Program-made: the position numbers and the translations under genes
Shown here: positions 52,088-64,000 of the stretch, one piece after another
How positions within the stretch are numbered: position 1 is the first letter of the stretch
Layout: every line of letters begins with the position of its first letter
Assembly (NCBI RefSeq): GCF_018977255.1
Contig: NW_024704743.1
Span: 50,346,001 to 50,410,000 of the forward strand
Direction of reading: 5' to 3'
Length of the DNA: 64,000 nucleotides
Origin: Callorhinchus milii
Lineage: Eukaryota
The notes under the pieces: generated by a model
The model's database searches: none
What the model was told of the DNA's origin: nothing
What the model saw: the letters and a program-made list of their open reading frames with translations, nothing else

Positions 52088-52473
52088 TAAAATGCCGCAA
52101 TCTACCTAGTCAAATACAATGTTGTCTTCAAAGAGATCTAAGAAAGTATCAGGATTGAGTGACAAACCAGCATGACTCAAAGTCAATCAGACTCACCTCC
52201 AAGAGGCATGTGTATGAATGTATGTATGTGTGTTTTTTCTTCTGTACATCAGTTTTACCTCAAAGTGGTTGGCTGAGTCAAACACAGCCTGCCTTTGATT
52301 TACTTGCATCCAAACCCTCAGCGAGCTGTTTCTGCTATCCTGTCACTTCTGTCCAGTCTGTAGTAACTGGATTGGCAGGGCAAGAGGACAGTGAATTGCA
52401 CTCTATGCACGTATATACCTGCCTGCACAGAATTCTGCCCCTTTCTCCCTCTGCAGTGCAGGGAGTAGTCAAT

Positions 52474-52861
52474 GTGGAGTCCTGTAGTATTGGTGGGAGC
52501 ACTCGCCACACAAATGAGAGGACCTGGGTTCTACTTCTGGGCAGGGCGGAATGTTAAGCAAGTTTACTTACTCCACATGCCTCTGTTTACCTAGGAATCT
52601 AGTTATTAGTCGATTGGCGGATCACTTTTCCTAGGGGTAATAATCCCTTCAAAAGTATATATACATGGATCACAAAATAATTTGGTCACTGAATCCACGA
52701 CTGTCTGTGGGATACTGCTGTGAGCAATTGGCTGCCGCATTTCACCCACATAATATGCGGTCAATTCACTTTACAGTATATTCTGTGAAGCGCTTTGAGA
52801 CATCTGGAAGACATAATAAGGCGCTATATCAAATGCAAGGATTATTATTATTGTTATTATT
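52474..52861 (+). mobile_element. Younger Deu-SINE (long form)
   Basis: GGAGTCCTGTAG head, internal segment, Deu core, tail. Confidence 0.88.
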
Positions 52862-53988
52862 CAAAAGTTTTTTTTGTGTATTTGAATGATACAATCTCCT
52901 AGTTGGCAAGTACATTGATTTAGTGAGGTTGTGTTTGATGGATCTCAAAATCCACAGAAATCAGAACCAAATCAAGTCCCAGGAGAGGATTCAGACATCT
53001 AAAATCATGAGAATCTATAGATTTCTCGCTTGAAAATATTTTCAAAGACGGGCAATAATTGACATTTAGCAACTTTGAAATGATCTTTAACAAATGCAGT
53101 TTGCTGAGGTCTATTTTTGCTTTTGAAACTGTAACTCAGCAGCAAAACTTGACTTGCATAATATGGGATGAGAGGATTCTTATCCCTCTTACAGCTAAGG
53201 AATAATATATCAGAGCACAATCTTTGAAGCTGACTATCCTATAGCAAATCATTGATCTTTCCAATCAGAAAGTTGTGAAAAAATATCAAAACCATTTCTA
53301 AAATTCAACAGGGAACCCACTTACCCTCAGGGCCTTGCTGCTGTCCTATTATTTATAATCTCTCTGAGCTCTTTCTTGTTAAATTTAATATGCAACTTCT
53401 TGCAGGAATCCTCGTCTGCTCCAAGCAGCATGCTCTGATCCTCCAGAAAGGCATTTGTTGTGAGTTTGTATTTGTCTGGGAGAAGGTAAGTATTAACAAT
53501 GATGAAAAGTGAAATTACTAACAATGAGTTGAAAGATCTGTTCCCTGTAAAAGCTATCACTTTCTTCCATTCCTGACAATCAGTCATAAATTGCTAATTG
53601 CATTTGTTATATTTTTGTGTTTGCATTTAGAATATTAATAAGCCCCATATTCAGTGCAGCATTTAAGGTCGTAACAACTTTAATCTGCACTATGTGTGTT
53701 TATGTGCATATGTATGTGTATATATGTATATCTGAATGTTTGCATATATGTGTGTTTGGATGTACATACAGAGTGACTCTATTATAATGTGGTGGTTTGA
53801 ATAAATAAAATATTCAATAAAATAAAATATTGACTTGAGCAGAGAGCCCAACAGCGTGATGAGGGAACTGAATGAGAATTCTGTTAAGGAATTTGGTAAG
53901 ATTGGGAATTTGGTGCAGAGGGGGAAAGAGGTGCATAATTCTAAAATATATAAGTTATATTAAAATAATATAAAACTTGTCTGGGAAT

Positions 53989-54890
53989 ATGGCAGGGCAG
54001 CTGAGACTGGTTGCATGCACAATGTGTCCCATGTGGGAACTCCAGGATGCTTTGTGTGCCCTGGACAGACACATGTGTAGGAAGAGCCTCTGACTGCTTG
54101 AGCTTGAGCTCAGAGTTTCTGAGCTTGAGGAGAGGCTGGTGTCACTACTTAGCATACGGGAGGCTGAAGAGTTCATGGATCTAACATTTCAGGAGGTGGT
54201 CACCTCACAGACACAGAGGATTCAGAAGGAGAGTCAGTGGATGACCACCCGGCATGGTAGGAAGAGTGGACAAACTGTGCAGAAATCCTGAGAGTGTGGC
54301 GCTCACAAATCGATTCTCTGTATTGAATACCAGTCAGGGTGATGACACCTCTGGGGAGGGGAGTCAAAAGCAAATGGATGCACAGAAGTAGACAGGGAAC
54401 AGTGTCAATGCAATTGTCATGGGGACATAATGGTGAAAGGAGTAGACAGGTGTTTCTGCAACCAAAGACGTGACTCTCACATGGTATGTTGCCTCCCTGG
54501 CCAGGGTTGAAGACATTACGGAACGGGTGCAAAACGTTCTAAAGGGGAAGGGGAAAATCCAGAAATTGTGGTCCATGTTGGGATCCATAATGTAGGGAAA
54601 AAAGGGCTGAGATCCTACAGGGAGAGTATCAGAAGCTAGGAAAAAGCTAAAGAGTAGGATCTCAAAGGTGGTGATCTCATGCAAGTGAGTATCAAAACAG
54701 CAGGATCAAACACACGAATGCATGGCTGGAGAAATGGTGAAGAAAGGAGAGCTTTTGGTTCCTGGATCACTGGGGCCAGTTCTGGGGCAGGTGGGACCTG
54801 TACAAGGTGGATGGGTTACACTTGAACAGGGCTGGGACCAATGTCCTCGCAGAGAGGTTAACTTGTGCTGTGGGGAAAGGTTTAAACTAA
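53989..54890 (+). pseudogene. CR1 ORF1 remnant (Cys finger, leucine zipper, SGNH/GDSL esterase)
   Basis: MAGQLRLVACTMCPMWE..HMCRK; LELRVSELEERL; IVMGD..VKGVDRCFC; MVCCLPG; VVHVGIHNVG; DGLHLNRAG; stops and frameshifts present. Confidence 0.85.
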
Positions 54891-55039
54891 TTTCGAGAGG
54901 GGAAGGGAATCAGGATGTAGCATTAGAGAGGACAAACAAGTTACATAGAGGGCTTGGGTGAAATGAATAGCAACGTAATAAGGAGCAATCCAGAAAAAGG
55001 AGGGATTAGACAGGGAAGAAATGCAGAAAAGACTAAGTT

Positions 55040-57560
55040 GGTCTTGGAGGGCAAGTGTGACAAATAAGATTGGTGAGCTGCAGGCTCAAGTTGCCACATG
55101 GGGTTATGATGTAGTGGCAATAACAGAGATCTGGCTCAAACAAAGGCAGGAATGGGAACTGAATATTCCTGGCTACAATGTATTCAGAAGGGTTAAGAAA
55201 GGGAAAAAAAGGAGTGGGGGTGGCAATATTGATTAAAGACACGGTTATGGCCCTGGAAAGGGATGATGTGCTAGAGGGTCCAAAAACAGAATCTATTTGA
55301 TTAGAGTTAAGGAGCAGAAAAGGAGTGTTTACTCTGTTAGGTGAATACTATAGACCACCAAATAGTGGAAAGGAGACAGACAAGCAAATTTACAAGCACA
55401 TTTCAGAAAGATGCAAAACTAATAGAGTAGTGATAATGGGGGATTTCAATTATCCTAACATAGACTGGCAAAATAACAGTGTAAAGGGCAAGGAGGGGGA
55501 AGGATTCCTGAAATTTGAAACTTTCTGGATCAGTATGTTTCCAGCCCAATGAAGAAGGAAGCAGTGCTGGATCTAGTTCTGGGGAGTGAATCAAGTGAAG
55601 CAGATTTCAGTAAGAGAGCATCTGGACAACAGTGATCACAATATCATTAGGTTTAGAGTACTTATGGAAAGGGACAAGGAGCAATCAAAGATGGAGATAC
55701 TCAACTGGAAGAAAGCTCATTTCAGTGAGTTAAAAAGAGACCTAACCAAGGTGGACTGGAAAGAAAGAAACAGCTAACGAGCAATGAGAAGCCTTCAAGG
55801 AGAAGATAGTTCGGGGACAGAACAAATACATTCCCACAAAGGGGAAAGGTAGGGCATCCAAACCTCACTAGATAAATAAGGAAATTTGGATTAAAATAAA
55901 GCAGAAAAAGAAGGCTTATGATAAATATCAGATCCAAAATACAGAAGATAATCAAATAAAATACAGAAAGTACAGAGGAGAACTGAAAAAGGAAATAAGA
56001 GGGGCAAAGAGATTGTATGAGAAAAGGTTAGCGGATAACATAGGAGGGAAGCCTAAGGTATTTTACAAGCATATAAAGAATAAAAGGTTAGTCAAAGGTA
56101 AGGTGGGTCCAATTAGGGATGAAAGAGGAAATCTTCTTGTGGAGGCAGAGGGGATGGCTGACGTACTGAATGAATACTTTGCATCTGTCTTCACAAAAAG
56201 AGGGGATGCAGCCAATGCCATAGTATCGGAGGAGAGGGTAGAGAAATTGGATAAGATAAGAATAAACCAAGAGGAGGTACTAAAAAGGTTGTCGGTGTTG
56301 AAGGTAGATAAGTCACCCCGTCTGGACAGGATGCATCCTAGGTTACTAAGGGAAGTAAGGGTGGAAATAACAGAGGCTCTGGCCACGATCTTTCAATTCT
56401 CTTTAGACAACGGGGTGGTGCCAGAAGACTGGAGAGTTGCAAATGTTACTCCCCTGTACAAAAGAGGCAGAAGAATAAACTTAGGAACTACAGGCCAGTC
56501 AGCCTAATGTCAGTAATGGGAAACTTCTAGAGACTATAATCTGGGATAAAATACATTTTCACTTAGAAGAATATGGGTTAAAAAAGGACAGAAAACATGG
56601 ATTTGTTAAAAGCAAATCATGCCTAACAAACCTGATAGAGTTTTTTGATGAAGTAACAGAGAGAGGGGATGAAGGTAGTGCAGTTGATGCAGTTTATATG
56701 GATTTTCGAAAGGCATTTGGTAAACTGCCATGTAAGAGACGTAAGCAAAATAGAAGCCCACGGTATTAAAGGGAGAGTGGCAGCATGGATACAGAACTGG
56801 CTGGGAGACAGAAAGCAGAGAGTAATAGTGAATGGTTGTTTCTCTGACTGGAGGAAAGTATGCAGTGGTGTCCCCCAAGGGTCAGTATTGGGACCGCTCC
56901 TGTTTTTGATCTATATAAATGACCTGGACTTGGGTGTAGGGAGTACAATTTTCAAGTTTGCAGATGATACTATGCCAGGAAAAGTAGTAAACAGTGAGGA
57001 GAATATTAGCAGACTGCAAATGGACATTTGATAAAATGGGCAGACACGTGGCAGATGACGTTTAATGTGGAGAAATGTAAAGTGATGCATTTTGGGAGGA
57101 AGAACGAGGATAAGCAATATAAGTTAGATAATACAATCTTAAAGGGGGTGAAGGAGCATAGAGACCTGGGGGTTCGTATAAGTAAATCTTTGAAGGTGGC
57201 AGGACAGGTAGATACAGCTGTTAAAAAAGCAAATGGAATACTAGGCTTTAAAAATAGGGGCATAGAATACAAACTTCAGGAAGTTATGATGAACCTTTAT
57301 AAAACACTGGTTAGACCTCAGCTAGAGTACTGCGTTCAGTTGTTAACCCAAGGACACCAATTTAAAATAGTTGTGAAAAGAAACAGAGGGAAGATGAGGA
57401 GAAATTTTTTCGCTCAGCGAGTTGTTCAGATCTGAAATGCGTTGCCTAAAAAAGTGGTGGAAGCTGATTCAATAATAACTTTTAAGAGAGAAGTAGATAA
57501 TTATTTGGGGAGAACAAATTTGCAGGGCTATGGGGAGAGAACAGGGGAGTGGGGTTGATT
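55040..57560 (+). pseudogene. CR1 ORF2 remnant (APE endonuclease + reverse transcriptase)
   Basis: YDVVAITEIWL, YYRPPNS, MGDFNYP, SDHN, VPQGSVLGPLLF, KFADDT; multiple frameshifts. Confidence 0.95.
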
Positions 57561-57993
57561 TGGATAGCTCTTTCCAAAGAGCCGGCACAGACACGATGAG
57601 CCGAATGGCCTCCTTCTGTGATTCTAGGAAAATAGACCTCACTAAAAAAGACTGGCAGTCATTGTTTTGGGTTGCCAGGTTGTCCTGACGTCAGTTCCTG
57701 TACAATGGGTATAGGTAGTGCAGTTAACACTGTTGACTACGCTGCCCATGTATTTTGCAAGAAACCAACCATCAGCACCAGAGGTGCATTAAGGGTCCAA
57801 TAAAACATGGATTCATGGTGCAGGTGTACTTACGCTATATAGAAACACTTTAACCTGAAGATAATCAAGGTCAACCATGAAGAAAATCCTGGAACTCGCT
57901 ACTGAACAACACTGTGGGAGTATCACCACAGCAGCAGTTTAAAGAGGAGGCCTCACTACCACCTTCTCAGAGCAAGTCGGAAATGGCAATATA

Positions 57994-58643
57994 TACAACA
58001 ACAAGATTACATTTGTATAGTGCCTTTCACATCGGGAGGATGTCCCAAGGCGCGGGACAGTGTACAGCATTTCAGACCTGAGCTGGGGTCGGGGGGGAAA
58101 AGGGAAGGAAGGGGAAGAGGGTGGGCGATGGAATGGTCAAAGAGGAGGGTTTTGAGGTGGGACTTGAAGAAAGTTAAGGAGGGGGTGTGGTGGAGTGATT
58201 GGAGGATGGAATTCCAGAGGTTGGGGGCAGAGTGGCTGAAGGCTCTCCCGCCAATGGTGGGGCGGGTGGGTCAGGGGACGTGGAGCAGGCCAGAGCCGGC
58301 TGAGCGGAGGGAACAGATGGGTTGGAGGGGGTTAGGAGGTCGCAGAGGTAGGGTGGGGCGAGGCCATGGAGGGCTTTGTATGTGAGGACCAGGATTTTGA
58401 ACTGGATCCTCTGAAGGATAGAGAGCCAGTGGAGTCGGGCGAGAATAGGTGAGATGGGGTCACGGAGTTTGGTGCAGAAGAGGACACGGGCTGCAGAGTT
58501 CTGGATTATCTGCAGCCTGTGGAGGGAGGAGTTGGGAAGGCCGACAACCAGGGCATTTGCATAGTCGAGCCTGGAGGTGATGAAGGCATGAACAAGAGTT
58601 TCACGGCCTGAGGGGTGAGGCAGTGGCGGAGTTGGGCGAAGTT
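57994..58643 (-). mobile_element. L2 3' fragment
   Basis: HAFITSRLDYAN..LHRLQIIQNSAARVL on the minus strand; (CAA)n tail. Confidence 0.92.
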
Positions 58644-58967
58644 AATTTATATAAATATATAAATGCAATTTGTTGTTGTTTTTGCAGGCAATAAATGCTA
58701 CCAAAATTATCCGCTTCTTGAGACACAGCTAGATAAAAAGGAAACCTTTAGTGTAAGAATTTCATGTAACATTTGAAAGGAGGATGTCCTCCTGACGTAA
58801 AAGGTGCTATACAAATGTAATTTGTTGTTGTTGTTGAAAAATGTGCCCACTTGAATTTTTAAACATTTTTAACTATGATTTAGAATTTATTCAGAAATAA
58901 ACCTTGTGTACATTGGTTTGGATTGGTAATCTGATTATTATACAATGAATTCAGTTTTACTCCTGCT

Positions 58968-59002
58968 CAAATTCAAATTCAAATTCAAATTCAAATTCAA
59001 AT
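58968..59002. repeat. (CAAATT)n hexamer microsatellite
   Basis: About six tandem units. Confidence 0.9.
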
Positions 59003-60071
59003 CTGTATGGATACGTTTTGTTTCTTCTCACAGTCCCACTGAGTTTAAGGGTCTCCAATTATTAGTGAATTAATTATTGATTATTTGCTGTTCTTGGTTG
59101 TGCGATTTTATAATGGGATTATTCCAACATAAATCCATTCCACCAAGATTGGGAAATCTATCAAGAAGCAGAGAAACACACTCTTAAAATCTATGGAAAT
59201 CTGGAAGCTAATTTAAAACTGAAGGACGTTATAAACATAATTGCGCTTGAAAATATTTGTTATTCTTCAAAGTATTTAACCTTCTTCCATTGCAAATCCT
59301 TTTTTTATTATTATTATTATTAATCTGGTCTCATTGATCTACCTGCAGATATGTGTGAAGGCAGATCTCTTTATCACAGTGTCTCAATAGCTACTAAGCT
59401 CAGGAACCTTTCGGTGGTCTCAGAAATCACTAATTTCTGAAGCAAAATGGGAAAAATGGTTTGTTGTATTTCCTACCTATCTGAGATTGAACATAAAGAT
59501 GATTACACACATACAGCAGTACAACATACTGAGGTATGGTCTACACATGTTAAGTGGATAACATTGAGCTACATTTTGCAAAAGTCCTTCTTTAGGCATT
59601 CAGAAGGTAAATGTAACGTGAAAAGCGCTATATCAAATGCAAGGATTATTAAATTGTCACAGCTTTGTAAATGTATTGACTTCTACATTTATACTGAGAA
59701 ACTCCATTAAAAGATCACAGTACCAAATGTACCCAACAGTGAAGTATTGATGAAGAACCTCATTTGATATTAACCTTCCTGAATATCCACCCTACTGTCT
59801 TCTCTTTGCAGCTTAAAGCACTTTCCTAATTGAGTCGACTGTCCTGGGCCACTTTTCCTGGAAACTAGCTGTTGATTGCCGAAGGTGTAAAGCAATACTT
59901 ACTGGTGTCTGCCCTAAAAATGTCCTTCACAACTTGTGACATATTGGCCTGAACCAGTAATCTTTTGCCCAGAATCTGATGTATTGATAGACCTGAAAGC
60001 ATGGTTCTGCAGTTATGTTCACCATTTCGAAAGAGAGTGCAAAAATATTTTTTTTTGTCAGACGAATCAAA

Positions 60072-61790
60072 GATAGAATCATAGAATCATAGAATCGTAC
60101 AGCACAAAAAGAGGCCATTCGGCCCATCGAGTTTGTGCCGGCTCTTTGAATAGAGCAATTAATGTCAATCCCACTCCCCAGCCCTTTCCCCATAACCCTG
60201 CAAACCCGTCCTCCTCAAATACCCGTCCACCGCGTTTTTAAAAGTAGTTATTGAATCGGCCTTGACCACCCTTTCAGGCAATGCGTTCCAGATTTGAACA
60301 ACTCGCGGTGTGAAAAAATTTCTTCTCACCTCCCCTCTGCTTCTTTTAGAGACTATTTTGAATCTGTGACCTCGAGTCACCGACACACCCACCAGTGGAA
60401 ACAGTTTTTCCCTTTCTAACCTATCAAATCCCCTCATGATTTTGAAGACCTCTATTATGTCTCCTCGTAACCTTCTCTGCTCCAATGAGAATAATCCCAG
60501 CCTCTCTAACCTTTCCTCAAAATCAAGGTCCCTCATTCCTGGTACCATCCTCGTAAATCTCCTGTACACCCTTTCCAATGCCTTAACGTCCTTCCTATAG
60601 TGCGGTGCCCAGAACTGGGCGCAGTATTCTAACTGAGGCCTAACCAGTGTTTTATATAGGTTAATCATAACCTCCTGACTCTTGTACTCTATGCCCCTAT
60701 TTATAATGCCTTGTATCCCATATGCCCTTTTTACAGTTTTATCTATTGCCCTGCCACCTTCAAGGATTCAGTTACCTGCACCCCCAGGTCTCTCTGTTCT
60801 TTTACCCCCTTAAGATTGTATTACCAGCCTATATTGCCTCCCCTCATTCTTTCTACCAAAATACATTACCTCGCATTTCTCCACATTGAAACTCATCTGC
60901 CATGTGTCTGCCCATTTTACCATTCTGTTTATGTCTTCCTGCAGTTGGTTACTATCCTTCTCACTGTTTACTACCCTACCAAACTTTGTGTCGTCCGCAA
61001 ACTTAGAAATGGTACTTGTTATACCCAAGTCCAGATCATTTATGTGTATTAAGAAGAGCAGTGGTCCTAATACCGATCCCTGGGGGATGCCTCTGTACAC
61101 TACCTCCAGTCAGAAAAGCAGCCGTTCACCACAACTCTCTGCTTTCTATCTCCCAGCCAGTTCTGGATCCACGCGGCCACTGGCCCCTTTATACCATGGG
61201 CTTCTATCTATCTTACAAGTCTTTCATGTGGCACTTTGTCAAATGCCTTTTGAAAGTCCATATAAACTTCATCAACTGCGCAACCTTTACCCACCCTCTC
61301 TGTTACCTCATTGAAAAATTCTATTAGATTTGTTAGACAAGATTTGCCTTTAACAAATCCATGTTGGCTGTCCCTAATTAACCCATATTCTTCTAAGTGA
61401 AGATTTATTCTGTCCCGGATTATAGTCTCCAGGAGTTTCCACACTGCTGATGTTAGGCTGACTGGCCTGTAGTTCCCAGGTTTATCCTTCTGTCCCTTTT
61501 TGTACAGGGGAGTCACAATGGCCACTCTCCAGTCCTCTGGCACCACTCCTGTGTCCAACGAAGATTGAAAAATTGTAGCCAAAGCCTCCGCTATTTGTAC
61601 CCATGCCTCCCATAGTACCCTTGGCTGCATCCCGTCCGGACCGGGCGACTTATCTACTTTCAGCCCAGTCAACCTTTTTAGTACTTCCTCTCTGTTTATA
61701 CTTATCCTATCCATTTCCTCTACCCTCTCCTCCGATACTGCGGCATTTGGTCATTCACTTCTTTTGTGAAGACAGATGTAAAGTACTCAT
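60072..61790 (-). mobile_element. Young 5'-truncated CR1 (same subfamily as 19576-20040)
   Basis: KSPGPDG, NYRPVSLTS, QHGFVKGKSCLTNL, PQGSVLGP, KFADDTK; (ATAGAATC)n tail on +. Confidence 0.96.
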
Positions 61791-61834
61791 GCACGAGTGT
61801 CTGATATATGTGGAAACCCATCATTTTTAAAGCC

Positions 61835-62145
61835 AGACTAAGCGTTCCATATATGTATGCCACCTACACATGGAAATTTCTCTGTATCTGGATTGGAATG
61901 CATGCTGGCTTCCTGGAGGGACACATCCTGCTTACCTAATTCTGGAGAGTTTTAGGCACAGGTTGGCAAGAGTCAAGGGTTGGGGACCCCAGGGTGTGTG
62001 TTGGGTTACTGCTGGTGTCGAACAAACTAAAACTGCATAACTTGCAATTGAAAGCACTGTTGGCAAGTTTCCCACTGAGTGTCCAGCTAGAACCACCCTA
62101 CCTGTTAGGGCTTTGGCTTACAGGGTTAACAGGAGCTGAGGTGAA
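61835..62145 (-). repeat. Unclassified dispersed repeat (inverse of ~44480-44765)
   Basis: GTTGGCAAGAGTCAAGG, CATCCTGCTTACCTAATT, ATGCCACCTAC. Confidence 0.75.
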
Positions 62146-62735
62146 GCATCTCTGACCACCAATGACCCAGTGCAAGTATTCACAGGCACTTGGCAGTAAA
62201 TGAGTTGTTGAGAAGTACCCGGAGAGTCAACATTAGTCACCATGACAGGAATACATCCAGCTCTGGGGCCCTTTCATGTAGAATTCATTTCTGGGTTCAT
62301 TGCTGCTCCCAAGCTCAGGGCATCGCTGACAAAAGTAGCAGTCTCATTCGCTGCTTCACGGGGGAGAATTATATCACTGCTCAGTGAAGTGCTAACAGTG
62401 CGATTCTACAAGAAAGTTTTTAAATCTGAAAACAAACCATCCGCAAAATAAATAGAATATTGAACTGAAAGTGTAATACATTAATGATATTCCCGAGACT
62501 ATTCTAAAACCATTTAAAGCTTATGCTTTTCATGTTGTGTTAAATAAAATGTTCAGAACAGCTCATTACGAGCATTGTTGTTTTCAAGGTTTTAACATTG
62601 AGCACCTGTTTATGATTGTAAGAGGTTTATAAAGCAAGGAAGAAAAGGCCATTCATCCCATCAAATCTATTCCTTGCATATCAATCTTAAAAGCGGACAA
62701 AGGGGACATCTCAGAGGGACCAACAATCTACAACC

Positions 62736-63018
62736 TGGAGTCCTGCAGCTCAGTGGTCGGAGACCTGGGTTCGATTCCCGGCAGGACAAAACCTTGGGCA
62801 AGTTTCCTTCTCCACATGTCTGACAATAATCCCTCAAGAAAAAAAGCACAATAATAAATTGGTCACTTCAATCCACGTTTGTGTGACATTGCTGTGTGCA
62901 ATTGGCTGCTGCGTTTTGCCCACAAATATACAGTCAATTCACTTTACTGTATATTTTGTGAAGCACTTTGAGATGTCTAGAAGACGTGAAAAGCGCTATA
63001 TCAAATGCAAAGATTATT
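62736..63018 (+). mobile_element. Young Deu-SINE (short form, head internally deleted)
   Basis: GGAGTCCTGCAGCTCAGTGG..GGTTCGATTCC; tail. Confidence 0.88.
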
Positions 63019-63299
63019 ACATTCACATAGCACCCTTCACATGGGTAGCATCTGGGAGCACTTACTGCATTGTGATTTAGCTGAGCTGGAAAGAGAGGGA
63101 GGTAACTGAAGTTAGAGAGGCAATTCTTCAGGGGTGATTTGAAGACGGGCAGAGAGGGAGCAAGACATAATAAATAATATAATAATCCTTGCATTTGATA
63201 TAGTGCTTTTCATGTCTTATAGACTTCTCAAAGTATTTCACAGAATATACTGTAAAGTGAAATGACTGTATATTTGTGGGAGAAATGCGACAGCCAAAA

Positions 63300-63670
63300 T
63301 TGAAGGGATTAAGAGCATAGTGGCTGTTCAGGCCATAGGGACCTTGTACAGGTACATACATTTTTAAATGGGATTGAAAAAGCAAACTCCGAACAATACT
63401 TTCACATGCATCAAGAGAGTAGGACAAAAGGACAGGTTTAGGGTCACAAAGGGCAATTTAAGGATAGACACCAGGAATTTATTTTCTTTATGCAGAGAGT
63501 GATTAACAACTGGAGCACATTACCAGGAAGGATGGTTGAGGCCAGGGTGATGAGCGCATTTTAAACAACAGCTGGATGCTGTGATGGAAGGACGGGAGGA
63601 TGGGTATTCCAGAGGGATGAGATCACATGGGCTGTAGGGCCCTCTTCATCAAAACCAAATTTGTGATCTA
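63300..63670 (+). mobile_element. Old CR1 3' fragment
   Basis: FMQRVINNWSTLPGRMVEA remnant; GGGCCCTCTTCATC tail like that of 38720-39140. Confidence 0.65.
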
Positions 63671-64000
63671 GTCCTTGAACAATCTGCACCATCACAGACA
63701 ATGGCTGACATGTTGAATTTCCTGGGGGAGGCGAATAACCACTGGAACATTTTTCAAGAAGAGAATGCTCTTATGAAGTGTCTGCAGAAGCCCTGAAGTT
63801 GACCTAATAAAACTCTAGGACAGGGGTTCTCAAACATTCTGGGCTCAAGGGTTAGGGGAGCAGGGAGGCCTCTCTTCCCCCCGCCCCAACACCCCCACAA
63901 AAGGCGGCTCTTCAATATCTTCCACTGGAATTATGGGAACAAGTCTTTCTCATCCACTCCTCAGGCTGTGTGGGCTTCCGTAGTCCAGCTAGACTTCCGT

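Larger units (their letters stand above)
53835..57626 (+). mobile_element. Near-full-length decayed CR1 LINE
   Basis: ORF1 and ORF2 remnants in order; 3' end CCGAATGGCCTCCTTCTGTGATTCTA; 5' boundary approximate. Confidence 0.93.

Noticed and set aside
63813..63840. CTCTAGGA-CAGGGGTTCTCAAAC, resembling a hAT/Charlie left end
   Set aside because: No matching right TIR or second TSD is visible inside the window.
1..64000. CRISPR array, operon or prokaryotic defence system
   Set aside because: The sequence is vertebrate repeat-rich DNA; recurring motifs are dispersed SINE/LINE tails, not regularly spaced repeats with unique spacers.

Overview
Eukaryotic, non-coding, repeat-dense vertebrate DNA (intergenic or deep intronic). 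The repeat content points to a cartilaginous fish, probably a chimaera/holocephalan; this is inferred from family resemblance only. It comprises CR1 LINEs with ATTCTATG/TTCTTATG tails, L2 LINE 3' fragments, two tRNA-headed Deu-domain SINE families with L2-type tails, and a Penelope-type palindrome. No host protein-coding gene, functional tRNA/rRNA gene or CRISPR array could be supported. The recognisable ORFs are LINE pieces; the rest look like noise. The largest element is a near-full-length but decayed CR1 (~53835-57626, +) with a Zn-finger/leucine-zipper/SGNH-esterase ORF1 and an APE-RT ORF2. The most unusual observations are: an L2 tail fused to a 192-bp copy of DNA from 1.3 kb downstream; a minimal hammerhead motif in a TSD-flanked Penelope-like insert; a TTAA-flanked 1.5-kb element with ~52-bp TIRs; a fold-back MITE family; an LF-SINE-like relic; a double-tailed L2 insertion; and SINE tails that track the L2 tail. 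I found no convincing new multi-gene system. Boundaries of old repeats are approximate (read by eye), and family names come from recalled consensus features, not from a database search.
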